Below are positions 12,101 to 26,400 of a stretch of 64,000 nucleotides of DNA, one piece after another. A program made the translations under genes and the position numbers. The stretch covers positions 124,001-188,000 of the forward strand of contig JAQGDQ010000052.1 in NCBI GenBank assembly GCA_030141605.1, read 5' to 3'. The notes beneath the pieces were generated by a model, which was not told the DNA's origin, searched no databases, and saw only the letters and a list, made by a program, of their open reading frames with translations. How positions within the stretch are numbered: position 1 is the stretch's first letter; each line of letters begins with the position of its first letter. Origin of the DNA: Tubiluchus corallicola. Taxonomy: Eukaryota; Animalia; Priapulida.

Positions 12101-15100
12101 AACACCTCCTGAAGTGAAAGACAATAGCAAAAAATATGGCTGGCTACTGCTCAAAAGATTGTAAAAAACTGGACACAGTAGATAGTTTTTTAAGTTGCAC
12201 AGCATGCAACAACATTTTATTGCACTTTGAATCACACAACACACCTGCCATATAATATGAAACAACATTACATAAGAAAGCTAGTTGATACACATTACCT
12301 GCTTTGATTCAACAGCAGCAGTGTATTCCTTACCAAAGCTGAGCTCGGTCAAGGCAACATCATCAAGTATCATCAAAAAGTCTTTTGCCCGTTCAGTTAA
12401 TTGCCTTCTAACAAGCAAACTTACTTGTTGTCGTTGCGTTATAAGCTGTGAAGCATTAAACTTTGCAACAACGCTTTTCAACACCTAATAAATATATAAG
12501 TAAATTCAATAAAAAATGTTAAGTGTGAATACACGCTCGCATATATCTATCAATCTAAAATGTAGATCTTCCAATTAATTACTAAGACAAATATTCTAAA
12601 AGGTTTGGATACACAAAGACATCTAAAATTTAAGAAGTGAACTACCAGAATTTTTTCTTCATACAAATTTCAAAGTAATTACATTCATCATTGTGGCTTA
12701 CTGAAAAATGAGCTAATAACTATGATTGTATGAGGTATAGAACCAGCATTTGTCTGTCATCTATAATTTGTCTAATGACCGATCAAGAATTTAAAATCCA
12801 AATTTAGCACACTTCCATTGACCACAGAAATGTACGGCAGCATAATTGTCCGTGCATGGTTCTGAGTTGCACTCTTTCCTTGTAGAACAATTTATTAGTC
12901 TGATGCCTTTTGGTCATCTTTTACTAAAGGCCTGTACATTGATTATTTGATATCTTTTAGGATTAACATCAAAAATTATGCTATCATGCAGTGGCATCAG
13001 TGGTGCCAAAATGCAAACATAGATACAGATACTAACAAGTTGACTGATTCATCTGTTAGTAGTAGAGTATACCCGTGATATTAAGTAATGCACTTATGCA
13101 ACACAGCATTCGCAATAGACAAGTTTTAGCTCACATAAACACAATTAAATCCATGAAAGATCAAATTTATTCTTATATGGCCAGCAAGCAATTTTCAAGA
13201 TTTTCCAAATACTGATATAGGGCTGGTAACCAGTAGTAACAAAGAGTAAAAAATAAATAGTACAGTAAACATCACTGACTGATACAATCAAATGTGATGT
13301 TACTACAGTGGTAGTTGATATAATATACTTTTATCTTTGCCATTCTGATGGGATAAGAACATTTGAAGATCAGGATTTTTAAGACTTCTTAAACTGACTA
13401 ACAAAAATACTAATTGTGGATATTGGGCGGATATTAACAAACCTTCATTTTAACAGTCTCTTCCTCTCAGAACTGACTAAAATGAAACTAAAAATGATTT
13501 TGCCATGGCTAGAAAGTTGCAGTGACTGCAACTATCTGTAACATAATAAGTTAATTTAACAAAATATCTTTTAACTGTAACAAGATATGTTAATTTTTAA
13601 AAATACCTTTTAATTGTAACACAACAAGTTTATTTTAAAAACATATTTTACAATACTGATTAGTCATACCACTTACCTCATTAACAATTGACGGTAAAAC
13701 ACGTTCATCATAATCAGTTCCTAATGTTTGGTACATGATAGGCAGCTGGGTAGCATCTGGTCTGGCAAGCACTCGGATGGATATATTTACCATCTGCAAA
13801 TCTACAAACATTAAATTATATTTGAGTAACATTGCACGAGTGCTTTCAAAGCACAATCATGAGGAAATAAATGTTTTTAAAATCATATGCAAAAAGTACA
13901 TACCATTTCCAGCTTCTGCTAGATAAAAGAACAGGACAATACAAGTGCTAATTACGGACAATAATTGTTTAATATAAATTGAACATTCAAATCTCAGGGA
14001 AATGCTAAATACATACAAAGTTATGTAAGGTTTTTAAAACCATTGTTTTTGCTGGTTAAACCACTAGGATTCCCCAAGTCACAAAAAGCAAAGTTTCTTT
14101 TTCTGCTACACTTCTTTAATATTATTTTTACTTAATCAACTAGTTGCTGTTAAAAAATGACTGCTGATTTTGTGGAATAACTTGTCTCTTGCTTCTTAAA
14201 AGCTGCGAATCTCCTAGCTGCTAACAAAGTGTATTAAAGTTGGACTCAAGTGCCTTTCTGCATATATACATATGAATGAAGATCAGTATGTGCATTATTT
14301 ATTCATACCCAGATGCTGCAGCGTACCCATAAATCTGGTATACCCCCCAAAAATGGCATGACCCAGGGAAAGTTTTAGGCTAATTTTTCTTTAGATAACT
14401 CACTTAAAATGGCATCAAAAATAGCACTACACAATCGTTCAATGTGTCTTTTTAGAGATTTTCGGCAGTCTCCAGTTCAAACAACAAAGTCCATATTGTA
14501 CTCGAATAATGAATAATAATAATAATTTATTTTTTATGTGAAATACACTGCGTATCATCACTCATTATAGTAATAAAGATAAGTAAAAATGCCATTAATA
14601 CAGATTAAATATAGTATTCACATTGACTGCACATACAAAAATTCTGAAAAGATGTAATATATTATAGCAACCAGTAGTAATGAAAATTAAGTAATTTAAA
14701 TTTCGTCAGATTGCTCGAATGATCCAAGGTTGAAAATTAAAACTCAAATGAAAAACATGTGCAAAATATGAGACAAACAAAAAGATAAGAGGATGAAACA
14801 GGCAACATCCAATACAGTGGCCAAAATTCAATATAATAGAACATAAACACAAAACTTAAAAGTTTACTGACTATAAAAGTTCAAAATTTATTTAAGATCT
14901 TAGTTTTTACTTTACCAATTTCATGTTTTTCTGCACACTATAAAAGTACTAGATGATTTATGAAAAAATATTCACTTGAAAATAACACTACTATGTATCT
15001 ATATCGTAGACAATTTTTTCATCATCATGCCTTTTTTGCATAACCTCGATTAGCAAATGTAAGAATTCTATGTTGACTTAATGACAAAAAATAAAGAGAT

Positions 15101-18100
15101 TTGTTGCAAAAAATAAAGTTGCATTTTTCTTTGTTTTATATTTTGTTGCAAACTATTCGTATGCTATTCGAGTACGCAGATCAGAACTGCCAAGTTACAG
15201 TTATAACACACTAATAAAAATTCTGTTATTTAGTGTCTTGAAGCTTCTTTAACATCCAATTATATGCATTTTTATAATTTAGTAGTACAAGAAATACTTT
15301 CTGTATTTCTTGGAAACTATTTTGTATTAACATTCGAAAATCATAAGTACAGGCAACAACAGCAAACTAGGTAGGCTATTAATGTCAGTATTAGTGCAGC
15401 AAATGTGTTTTTTGATAACATGTGTTTGTGAATAACAGAAAAATTTTAATATATAGCATTTATAAGTAACAAATCGTGCATAGCATTTATAAGTAACAAA
15501 TCGTACCTTTGCTCCCTGTTAATGATGTTAATTTTCTAGGTCTTGATCTAATGTCATATATAATGGGATACTGAAACCAAGGAATTCTGAAAAAAGAATG
15601 AAAACTGGTAAAATGCTAATCTTTTATACTAGCATCTTCTGCAAACAGCTCAGAATTTTCTTTAAATAACACTAGATATTACGAAAGCTTAAGTTTTTTA
15701 TATTAGAAACCAATTCAAAATTCACTGCTTTGAATTTCATAATATTTTACCCGTTCAAAAAATTTTCTAACTATATGTTTTTCATGTGCACTTTGTTTTG
15801 TCACTTGCAAATGCAAATATAATAGTAAATGATTATGATAAGTAGCGAGTCGTGATGTATCACTTTAAAATTGACTCAAAGTTTCATAGCACAATATCAT
15901 TTTTTGTACCCTTGTACTAAGAAATTTATTATGAAGATTAAAATAATGTATAATTTCAACCTAAAATGTAATCCTTCCTTATAAATCTCTTTCTGAACAC
16001 CTCCTATTCTGCTGAATATGATAGACCTATGACCACCTTCAACTGTAAAAGAAAACAACATACTTTTAAATAATTTGCAGAGGTGTGGTGACATAAAGGT
16101 CAGCACGTTCCAAAATGAGTTACTTCAAAATGTTTGTTATAATGGTAACACACACACATACATGTAAATTTATTTGTCCTGTTTTTCGTGTCTTTTGTGA
16201 TAGTATATACAAAGAAATATGCTTTGGGCTGACAAAATAAAAATAGTTTTGTTCCCGTCTAATCATCCGGATTATAATTTTTCTATGGCACACCTGGCCG
16301 GAAATTTTACAATTTTTTCTATTCATATGCTGTTACCTGAGACAGTTTTATAACAGCGTATTTTTTTACATTTAAAATGTAAAATGCAATAATTATTAGA
16401 ACATTGTTGTTTCTCTGAGGACACAGCTATGTTTTTCTATGGCTAACTTCCGGCCAGGGCTGCTATTTCGTATGATGCTGATTATCTTATTGGAGGCTAA
16501 AAAGTATTGTATTTTCCGCTAAATCAGCATATTAAAGCAGTGTAGTGTTGCCACTATTACCATAATTACGTAGACATATGTTTATACTGTACAAAAGAGA
16601 TTACACAGTAACTGATAATGATACGATAATTTAGTATGAGAACAAAAAGCTAAAAAACAAAGCGTGAGAAAATGTGCATTGAAAAATTTAAAACATTATG
16701 ACTAAATAGTTAGGAATAAACAAACTTTGATTTCAAACGATTTTAAATATCCCACATTTCAGCTTTAAACATTCAAAAGCTTTAACAATTTTTTTCAAAA
16801 AAATTTTTTCCTCCCTAACTAGTGACATGTTTTAACCTCATGAGGTAAAACTGAAACAATTTTTTTGTGGTGGGCCTTGTTTCTTAATTAAGAAAATAAT
16901 AAAAAGTTTCTAGTGCAAAAATGTTCTAATGGTTAATTAAAATTGGCAAGTTCATAACAAGGAAATAATTTCCAATGATAAGAATTGGTACAATTAATAA
17001 AAAAAAATTAACCATGGGTCTTTTCTTTGGTGTGGAAATTTCGTTAATTGACAGTGTACTGTTGAATAACTACTTAAGAAAAGCTGTGTATACACTAGTT
17101 TGAGTGAGTGATGCTTTGTTTGAGTAGAGTTTACGTGAGGCAATTTGAAATCTTAATCAATTTACTGACTGCATCTTCTATGAAAATTCAGTACAAGTTA
17201 AAGCACAAGAAAACCTTTCACTTACATAAACCTTAAAAGGTTCCTTTTGAAATTTTATACCACTACATGCTGTCTACGTGTATGTAGGGCTTGTGTTAAC
17301 AGTAACGCTGTACAAAATTTTAAAATCAAAACTGCCGCGATGATGGAGCCATTTTGAAGCTTTTTAAGTCATCTGAAAAAAGTTCAGATAATATTGTACA
17401 AAATTTGAGAAGATGATCCGAGCATCATCCGTAGCGCATACTTCATTAACTAAGCACAATTTTAAATTACATATTTTGTCAATAAGATTAAAAATAGGAT
17501 TTTTGGCGACTAAATGGTGCAGCTAGAAAGCTCAACGACATTTTACCAACTAGCGCTAACATTTGAAATTATTAAGAATTTTCTTTTTTAGCTAGGTAAG
17601 TCTTTCAAGCAGATAAGCCTAGCAAAACTATATAAAAGTTGAAAGTTTCAACTTCTATGATGACGATTAGGTGCAGCCATCTTGAATTAAGTTAATTGAA
17701 ATAAGTATAGATAACAATGTGTAAAATTTAAAAATAATGAGTATTCATAGGGCACACTGTGCTAAATAAGCAAAATTTCAAATTACTGTATCTGTATCAA
17801 TAAGATTAAAAATAGGATTTTCGGTGAGTGAATGACGCACCACGAAAGGTGAGTCAACAACATTTTACCAATTGGCACAAACACTTTGAAGTTTTTCAAG
17901 CAGGTAAACGAAATGCTAAGTATTATAACTTTGCAAGGAACGTTTTTGTGACATAGTGTAACACTGACTTTCTTCCTCTGATTTACATGGTGCTGTCGGT
18001 GACGTATACACTCAAAACTTGTAGAAAAGTTCTGCAAAGACACAACATAACATACCCCCAGAAGAAGTAGATAGAGCTACACATGTGACAAGCTTTAAAT

Positions 18101-18495
18101 ATAAACTAACCTTCTATTTTAATGCCAATTTGCGTGATAGGTTGAGTACACTGCCACACTAACACAATATTACAAAACCAAGAACTATTCGGAACAATAT
18201 GAAAGATTTCACAAAACTTATGGCAGTCAAAATAATTATTATTTGTCATCGTGTTTAAATTCCCTCTGGCAACATTTAAGTTAACATTCCTGTATAGTCA
18301 GTCACTACTATTGCTGTACCGTGTTAGACATTGCCTCGCGAGTTTTTTACGGTTATGGTTACCTGTATACAAACTCTCGTATATTCCCCATGCTGCAGCG
18401 CCTGAAGCAACTAAGAGTTTAACTCCCAGACCAAGACCTTTTGGTGCACCACCACTAAATCGACCTGCTAAGTCTTTAAACTTATTTTGAGCCAT
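9115..18495 (-). CDS. PHB2: Prohibitin 2 (SPFH domain, mitochondrial inner membrane), 7 exons, 303 aa
   Basis: Exons (minus) 18495-18363, 16042-15961, 15586-15507, 13801-13677, 12484-12299, 11007-10822, 9234-9115 total 912 nt in frame. Translation: [13 protein letters not shown]...[15 protein letters not shown]...[38 protein letters not shown]...[35 protein letters not shown]...VAQQEAQRA...[14 protein letters not shown]. These are PHB2-type rather than PHB1-type signatures. Confidence 0.96.
9731..10703. mobile_element. Non-autonomous hAT (Charlie-like) DNA transposon in the last PHB2 intron
   Basis: Termini ccagggtgtgcaaagtgcggccc ... aatttgcacacccctg form a TIR. The 8-bp flanks atgtagtg / ttgtagtg match 7/8 (TSD). 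Subterminal g(c/t)ggccc motifs are present. Confidence 0.7.
10102..10226. repeat. 44-bp inverted repeat with an AT-rich loop (hairpin)
   Basis: cttcttagtcacagcaggtagatcattttgacttggttatttta vs taaaataaccaagtcaaaatgatctacctactatgaccaagaag, 3 mismatches. Confidence 0.85.
11076..11842. mobile_element. Tigger/pogo-like MITE remnant
   Basis: Inverted termini aagtcctcacttaacga (~11081) and tcgttaagtgaggattt (~11822) resemble Tigger-type TIRs. No TSD is clearly preserved. Confidence 0.5.
17478..17930. repeat. Diverged direct repeat pair in PHB2 intron 1
   Basis: tcaataagattaaaaataggatttt...cattttaccaa...tttcaagcag recurs at ~17479 and ~17797. Confidence 0.55.
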
Positions 18496-19439
18496 TTTTT
18501 GGAAATTTATCACGAAAAACAGTAAAGCACAAAACGAAATCAAGTATGGCCGCCTCCACTGGTCACATGTGAAAGTTAAATTCAGGCTGAGTTTATATGA
18601 ATTTTTTTTACGAGAACGCCATGCATAAACAGCAATATATTACCAATTTACCATCCATTATCAGAGACGCCAAAGTTTACAGAGTCCAGCCTCTGGTCAT
18701 TGGTCAAGCGCTGTTGATGATGCTCGTGATGTCACTGATGATAATTTTGCTATTTATCATTTTTTGTCAACTGACAATATAAAAAAAGCACTATGCAACA
18801 TGACAGTGACAGAATTAAAATGAATTATTACCTAAATATTGCGTTAGGGACCTGCATTCTAGAGTAAAATATAAGTAGCAGTATGATCTCAATCAGTTGG
18901 TATGCAACGATAATATTAAAATAATTGTATCTTGATTTCCATGGTAATATTATAACTCATCACAGAGTTGGTCATGATTGTTATTCTGAACTGAAACTGT
19001 AAGATCAGTTGCCACATCAGAATGAAATCTAAGCTATAATTCAACATTTTTATTCTGTATTCAATTTATGTTAAAGCTTATCATTATAGCTTTATTGTGT
19101 ATTTTTATTGTCATTGTTATTAGATTGTTTATCTTGCTGCTAAGAATACTCATGCAATAAATATAGAAAAACAACAGTCCAGCACGAGTGAGTCTTTGTA
19201 AGTTATTGTATTAACAATAGACGCGGCTCCCTTTTTGTTGTTTTATGGTTAAACTAGCAGTGCCATGTTACATAAAAACTTTTGCAAAATTATGCTGACC
19301 CCAATACTATCTAACACAAGTACTATAATTTCGTTTAGGACATAGCCCAGGGATAGCATCCAAAGCAACTCAATACTTATTTCCAAGGCGTTCCATTCGG
19401 ATTATTATTGTTACTTGCATGTTACTTCAATTAACCCAC

Positions 19440-19520
19440 ATGCTAGGTCGAAGCAGTAACATTACCATTCTTTAAGTCTTTGGCATAACTTGCTTGTGGG
19501 TTGAACCCACGACCTACCAG
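19440..19520 (-). mobile_element. tRNA-derived SINE fragment
   Basis: The minus strand reads ggtcgtgGGTTCAACCC (B-box-like) ...gttatgccaaagacttaaagaatggtaa. A related copy lies at ~30970-31062. Confidence 0.5.
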
Positions 19521-20432
19521 GGTCGCCACTATGCCAAATTTGTCAATAGAATAGATTATCATTAAGAATTTTAATTTTAAATTTCATCTTTTCCTATGCT
19601 GAAAGCAGACAATGAATCAGTTATTGAATCGATAGCATTCGTTAGAAGAATAGCTTAATTAAGCTACTAGTTGCGAATGTCTTCAACTAATAAAACCTAA
19701 AATGGATCTCTTTAAAACATGCTATCTTTCTTTTCCAGATTTAGTTGTTTGCACTTTACTTATGTTTTGGCAAGGACCAGGGCATTTAAATTGGCACATT
19801 CTTTGAAAAATGAGAAATGAGGTGTTCAGAAAACTCGGTAGTTTTGATCCATTCCCAGATCAAATTAGCTTCACAGTTACTTAGCACGTTCCCCGCATTC
19901 AAAATGTTGTTATTGATACTATGAGACTTAAACTTTGTATACGCAATTTGCATAATTGCTTTTATGTAATTTAAAAACAGACTTCCAGCAATTTTATCTG
20001 TCATTTCTTCCATTATGGGCAGTACCATCTATTTCCCATTTCTTGCATTATCCGAAAACTATATTGTCTAAAATGTTTCAACCAAAATTCTAAGCCATGT
20101 AATGGTAATGCAAGCATCTTAAGAGTCTTCTGTTTTACTCCTTTTGAAGTCTTGCCCAAAATCTTCGTGAATTCAGTATCTTTCGATTACAGGTACAGCC
20201 AGATATTTTTATTAATTTCAGAGCACTATTCTATATATTGCAGAGCTAAAAAAACAAACAAAAAAACCTTATTCAGAATGTTTGCAAAATAATATAAATG
20301 TATTTAATCGTAGGTCTGCAACCATGTCAAGTACACTTGTATACTATAACACAACCACAATTTACCTCACAAATTACAATTTCGCAAAATCATTTATATG
20401 GCCTGCTGTTAGTCTCTAGCATATTCAGTTCA

Positions 20433-23400
20433 TTATAGTTCAGTCAAGTCATCATTAAAATATAGCTGTATTGCAGGCAAAAACACATCATCTCTCATTT
20501 TTAATCTGTCAAAATCATAATCATCATCTCGAATACCATTTTCCTCTAGAGTTTCATCCATTTCCAAATTTACTCCTTCATACTTCCATTGATAACTTGC
20601 AGCGTGTGCATTATACTTCTTGTACCTTTCCAGTATTTCATATATTGTTTCTTCAGAACATACCTGCAATTAAATAGTGAACATTGTGCTGTTCATAGAA
20701 CTACATAATATAAACATCTATTTGCATGACATTTAACTATATTTCAGTTCTCCTGGTATGTTTATATGATTGCATACATGATACAGAATTTTTTTTGGCT
20801 ACTGCTGTGACAATTGGCACATCAAGCAAACCATCTTGGTCTTCTATAGGGGGTACATTTGTAAATTCAAGACATCTGCTAAGACCGGTGGGTGAAAAAC
20901 CTCCAAAATAGGCATTTTGCAGGTTTTTTTGCAAAACTTACAAAATTGAAGCATGAAGAATGCGACTATGAGAGGCATGGTGTTATGTATCATCTAGTAG
21001 GCATGCTTTAGCTTCTTGGGAGGTCCAGGTCTACCCACAACTGGCATCTTTCCGGACCCACCCACGATGTTTTTTGAAATTTTGACCGTACGCAGTGTAG
21101 AAAAAACGTCCTAGCAGCACTTTGTGGGGTCTTAGAGAAGATCATTGGCTCCTTGGAAAGAACAGGAACTGGGCTACATGATGAAGTAGGTCGCTTTTTG
21201 GGACACTGCCACCAAGAGTGGTTGCGAGTTAATCGCAGGTTCAATTTTGGACAACCTACACTTGGAAAACTGCTAATGCAAAACTATTGTTAGTGATACG
21301 TTCCATGTTTTGCTATAGACTTTGCTAGCTATTAACTTAAGATATGTTTGCAGTTTGAACAGTTAGCTTGTTATCATAATTTTAAGCAGCAGTAAGCAAA
21401 GACTATGTAGAATGTTTGGGCATTATTGGTCACTGGTGGACGGGTCTAATAGTGTTAGTCCTTCATGGAGTTTCAACTTCTGCAACATATTTTTCGGATT
21501 TTCACTACACTGCAGAGTTGTTGCTGAAGCATTGGCAGTTGCTGTGGTTGCCATTGCTGTTGTTGTCGTTGTTGCAACAACCTCGGCGATCTGTATATCA
21601 AATGAATGGTCTTGATTTAGAGTTGTATTACAGATGGTTTAGTTTTTGAACTGAGGCCACCCAAAAGAATGGGCTTGCCAAAAATGGCCATGATGGTGCA
21701 CAGGGTAGTGACAGTATTGGTTACACAACCATATATGCATGTAATAGGGCTACAAAGATTTCGAGACATGGTCGCGGTTTTCCAGGGAAATTTATAGCTC
21801 TCTGGAAAGGAAAAGAGCCAGGCTATACAAAGTGTTTTTTCCAAATGCTATAACTAGGAAGAATAACTACAAGTTAGAATCCGGTTCCACTTCAGACTAT
21901 TCATTCATGGAAAAAACTGTCGATGCAAGGCCCATTATTTGCGATATCATCATCCTGTTACAGATAATTTTGCTTGAAAGCTGCTAGCTATTAATTGTAA
22001 ACATCGTAAGCCAAGAAAGCCTAAAGTATCAATAAACAAGGACTATGTAAAACGCTCGTACAACGATCATTGATCACTGCGTCAAACACACATTTTTATT
22101 TCACACAGTTTCGACTTATGCAAAATGCATTTACAGGGTTTTGTTACAATATTGTTGTTGGTGTTGATGTTATGGCGTCATCTTCGTCATTGCTTACATT
22201 GTGTGGTGAGGTGGGTACCGCATGGTGTGTATGGATGAAGTATGGTATGGTATGGGTCATTGTTGTGGGGTGATGTGGTGCGAGTTGTACGTTTATGTGG
22301 GTTTACTACTAGTGCATTATAACTGACCTTACCTGTCAGCAACAATGCACTATACTGGTACATATAGCTTTATTGTGCTGGTGTAACTGACGTATTATCC
22401 ATATAAATTTTAAACTTTTTTATTTTCAGGCTCCATTAACTATCAAGAATCATAAATTTTAAGTAAAATTTTTTAAGCTTTATAACTTGTATACCACTTA
22501 AACGACCAGTATGTGCTTTCCACACGTTATAAGTCTTTTTTTGTTTTATGTTCATGCAGTGCATACAGGTGTAATAACATATGGTTTGCATCACATGTAT
22601 AAAATCAGCCAAATAATGGCTAGAGCTTCTCATTTTTTAAACTAATAATGCATTGTGATTAATTTTTAACTCCTTACTTCAATAACTTTTTCCTGTGATG
22701 TAAGCATGTTCATTACATTTATGAGTCGTGTTTTTTCTGAAAGTGTACCGATATGGTACTTCTCATCTCTCCACCAAGGTCGATCAAAACCAGTGCGCCA
22801 GTCTAAAACAAGCAAAATTTCACTAAACCACATGAATTAAAGTGGAACAGTTTGCCATTTTTTACAATTTGCATACCTGCAATAATATTTTTTTCTTTTA
22901 CGTAATCCATGTTGTATTTTTCTAGATAGTGCTGCTGAAGTGATAACCTGTTATTTAAGTGAAGTAATTTTACCAGTTATATTCACTGCATCTTGACAGC
23001 AGAAAAACATGTGTTCAAAGTTTGTGGAATACTAACAGTTGTAAGTACTTAAATACCTGTAAAAAATACAAATAAATAACAAAACAAACCTTTAACGCAG
23101 AATTTCATGCATAAGCCATTAAAACTAACCTGTTCTTGGACATGGTGGTGGTACATGAAGGAATCTAGCACTAGGCGTATACGGCATTACACACTGCATA
23201 ACAGGATCAACATGGTTTCTCACCTAAAAATGTTACATTTAAAATAATATACAGTTTTGTTAAAAGGAAAGCAATTATAAAATTGTTCATTATGTTGTTA
23301 GTTAAATAGGTGAACTTATGGAAATAGTGAAAAAAAATCAAACACTAAACTGATTTGAACACACCAGGTAGGTTACTAAAAAATTTTGTAAAAGCAATTT

Positions 23401-26400
23401 TGCAAGCTACTAATTTGTACAAAAATAAAACAATACCAAGAAAGTGAGTTCATTTAAAAAACAAGAAATGCAAATTTATGTACATACAATTGTCTAGTAC
23501 CTAGTTGTTATTTACAATTTACGCTACATGAAACAAATGATGCTTACCTCTTGTGTTTTCAGATCAAACCAATGCGAGATATCATACCCAGCATTAGCAA
23601 CAATTGGACGAATTAGTGGATCAGCTGTAACGTCAAAGTTTATATATATATATATATACATTTTCTTTCTAAAAGATATAGATGTGCAGGGCCGGAACTA
23701 GATGTGGCAAGCAGGGGGGGGGGCGAGGTATCCGAAGTGGTTAAATAATGGTTAAGCCAATTTTTAACCCCTTTTATACTGCATGCAGGCCTATAATTAG
23801 CATGTGTGTAGGACGGCGTAGCGAACATTTTTTACCTAATTCTAATTCATATTGAAAATGATTACATGTGAACTGCAATTTTCACTGCAAAAAAATTATT
23901 CGTCCGATTTTGCAGGGGGGGCGCAAATTTTGACAGGGGGGCGTGCGCCCCCCTCGCTCCCCCTAGTTCCGCCCCTGTACATGTGTAGCCTTAATTAAAT
24001 ATAAAAGGTAATCAGTGATGCAATTTCATGGCCTACACCCATTTTTTTTATTTAAAAGTGGCAAGTAAATGCAAATAGTTATTTAATTCATTTGGAAGAA
24101 TTTGATCTGTGGATAACACATTTTCAACAATGTAGTAGTAGTAGTAGTAGTAGCAAAATCTTTATTTGCCATTTTAAAACATTGACCATCATATTAAAAC
24201 ACAGACAATCAGTGTTAGTTCATATAAAAGACATACACTGTTCTGGGCAAATGCGTCTGGTGCAAGCTAAACTATAAGTGCAACTAGAAATTCAAAAAAT
24301 AAAATATAAACTAGTTTAGTAAGGTCTAGGGAAAATGAAATTATGATTTGAGTAAGTGTCATCGTGTTCGTATGTCGGATATACAAAACGAGTCATTAAA
24401 TGTTTTTTTTAAATTTAGACTTGAATATTGATAAAGAGCTGCAGTGTTTTAGTGATGTCGGTAATGAATTCCAAAGTTGTATTGCTTGCTTAGTAATGGA
24501 ATTCTTTCCATATTGGATGTTCGTTCTGTTTCTTAAATTTAGTGTTCTGTTATTCATACTGGGGTTTTTAAGAAGTGGGAGCTTATTGTTTTTAAAAGGA
24601 GAATTAATATTGTTGATATATTTATAGAGAAACAGGAGAGTTTGATAATCTCTGTGGGCTTCTAGTATCGGGATTTTCATGGAGTTTCTTAAAGAGGTGG
24701 CAGAATATTTACTTGTATTGTGAGATGATTTCAAAGAATGGCCATTAACTAATCATAAAGCGTAGTTTTGAAGTACATTTAATTTGATTCTCTTTTCACT
24801 TTTTGGTACAGTATGCAGGCATATAAATAATGGGGCAAAATTAAAGTTTTGTAAATTAGAATTTTTGTTTGTTTTGATAGCTGTCCTCTGATTTGTCGAA
24901 GGGTATGAAGGTATGGCATGTCCTCTGGTATGAAGTACTTAATGCCACTTTTTATAAATGTTGATGAACTGCTCTTCCCATGTAAGCATGTTATGTCTTC
25001 ACACAATGACGTAATTATAAGAAGCCAAGTACAGCAAAAGCAGAAATACTTTACTGAGGTATACTGAGGTATATTTAATATCCATGAATCATATATTTTG
25101 CCAGGAAAGTAATGGAAGCAGTTTGTTTCATTAACCCTTTCACTATGGAAGGTGGTACACTGCCGCCTATGTTTTTCATGCAAGAGACGAAAGGGGGTAG
25201 AATGCCACCCAAGCTCAGCACTAAGTGCAGTCACCCAGGTCTGTTTATTTCACTGCTATGGTCACAAAACATTGTAGAAAAGTTTAACAGCAGTGGGATT
25301 GGGGTTGCTTGGCAACAAGTAATGCTAGTCTGCCAATCAGCGTCTTAAGCCAGGTGCATTTCACAATACTGTACTGTACGGTATGTTCTCCGCACGATCA
25401 CTTGTAGATCGTTGATGAGACTTATGTTTAGTTGATTGTTCTGCATTCTTATAAAATGATTGCTTATAATACATTAGTATTGTCTCTTTTGTGAAAACAG
25501 CTTTCTAAATATAAGTACATGCTTATTTATGAGGTTGTGCACTTGTGTGTGTGTGTGTGTGAGTGCATACATGTGTGCTCGTGTGTGTGCATGTGTAGAA
25601 ATAAAACTAATATTTAATATTAGTACTTAAGATTCTGTTTTAGTAAAACACCACAAGAAGTTGTTGTGTACAAAAGTCAATGTGGCCCAGTCAAAAAGTA
25701 AGTACGTAGTGAACGGGTTAAACTAAAATGTTGTACACTTGAGCGATTACACATACACTACGTTATTATTTATGGCAAAACTAAATTTAAAAATTAAAGA
25801 ATTAAAGTACTGCCATAATTTGTTGCCCTACATAACTGCCTAGTTTATCTAGTGGTAAAGCGGCCCTGACCATATTATAACTTGGTAAATAAGATGCAAA
25901 GCAGATAAAGTCAGTAAAGTGACAGTAATGTGTGTCAGTAATGAAAGAAAAGCCAGTAAAGTGAGGATCTAAAATCTCGATACTCTGCACACACTTGAGA
26001 TATGTTGTCCAGTTAGAACTATACAAGGGCAAGTAAACTGACATCATAAATCCTGACCAAGGTCTTGGCGGCTCTATGGTTGTAGATTTAACGATTTGCA
26101 GGTTGTAGAGTTTCTAAAGGCCAACTATGTATCTATGTGGACAATCTTTTCTGTTCATTAAATTTGTCATCTGCATCATCTACAGCGAGGTACTAGAATA
26201 ATTGAAACTGACAGTTAATCTTCGAGAAGGATGTCCGAATGAGAAAACGTTATATTCAGTTTTGTGCACACAGAATGACAACAATGCAGTCATTTAAGCA
26301 GCAGATTCCGTAAATCATTTTGCAACAGCAAAGCGCTACAGTCAAAATGATCATCAAGTACAAAGCCATACATGTTAAAAATATACAACAATTTCATGGG

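Noticed and set aside
11008-18362. Intronic sno/scaRNAs in PHB2 (vertebrate PHB2 hosts a scaRNA); isolated RTGATGA motifs on the minus strand near 12685, 14558 and 15023
   Set aside because: I found no matching D box with a terminal stem at a convincing distance by eye. An Infernal/Rfam scan would be needed.
550-18495. A 'PHB' depolymerase lying tail-to-tail with 'PHB2'
   Set aside because: Naming coincidence (polyhydroxybutyrate vs prohibitin). Nothing supports a functional link.
20726-22633. Cluster of short ORFs and TTG/TGG-rich tracts in the last CYB5D1 intron
   Set aside because: Low-complexity sequence with no recognisable domain or splice-consistent model.
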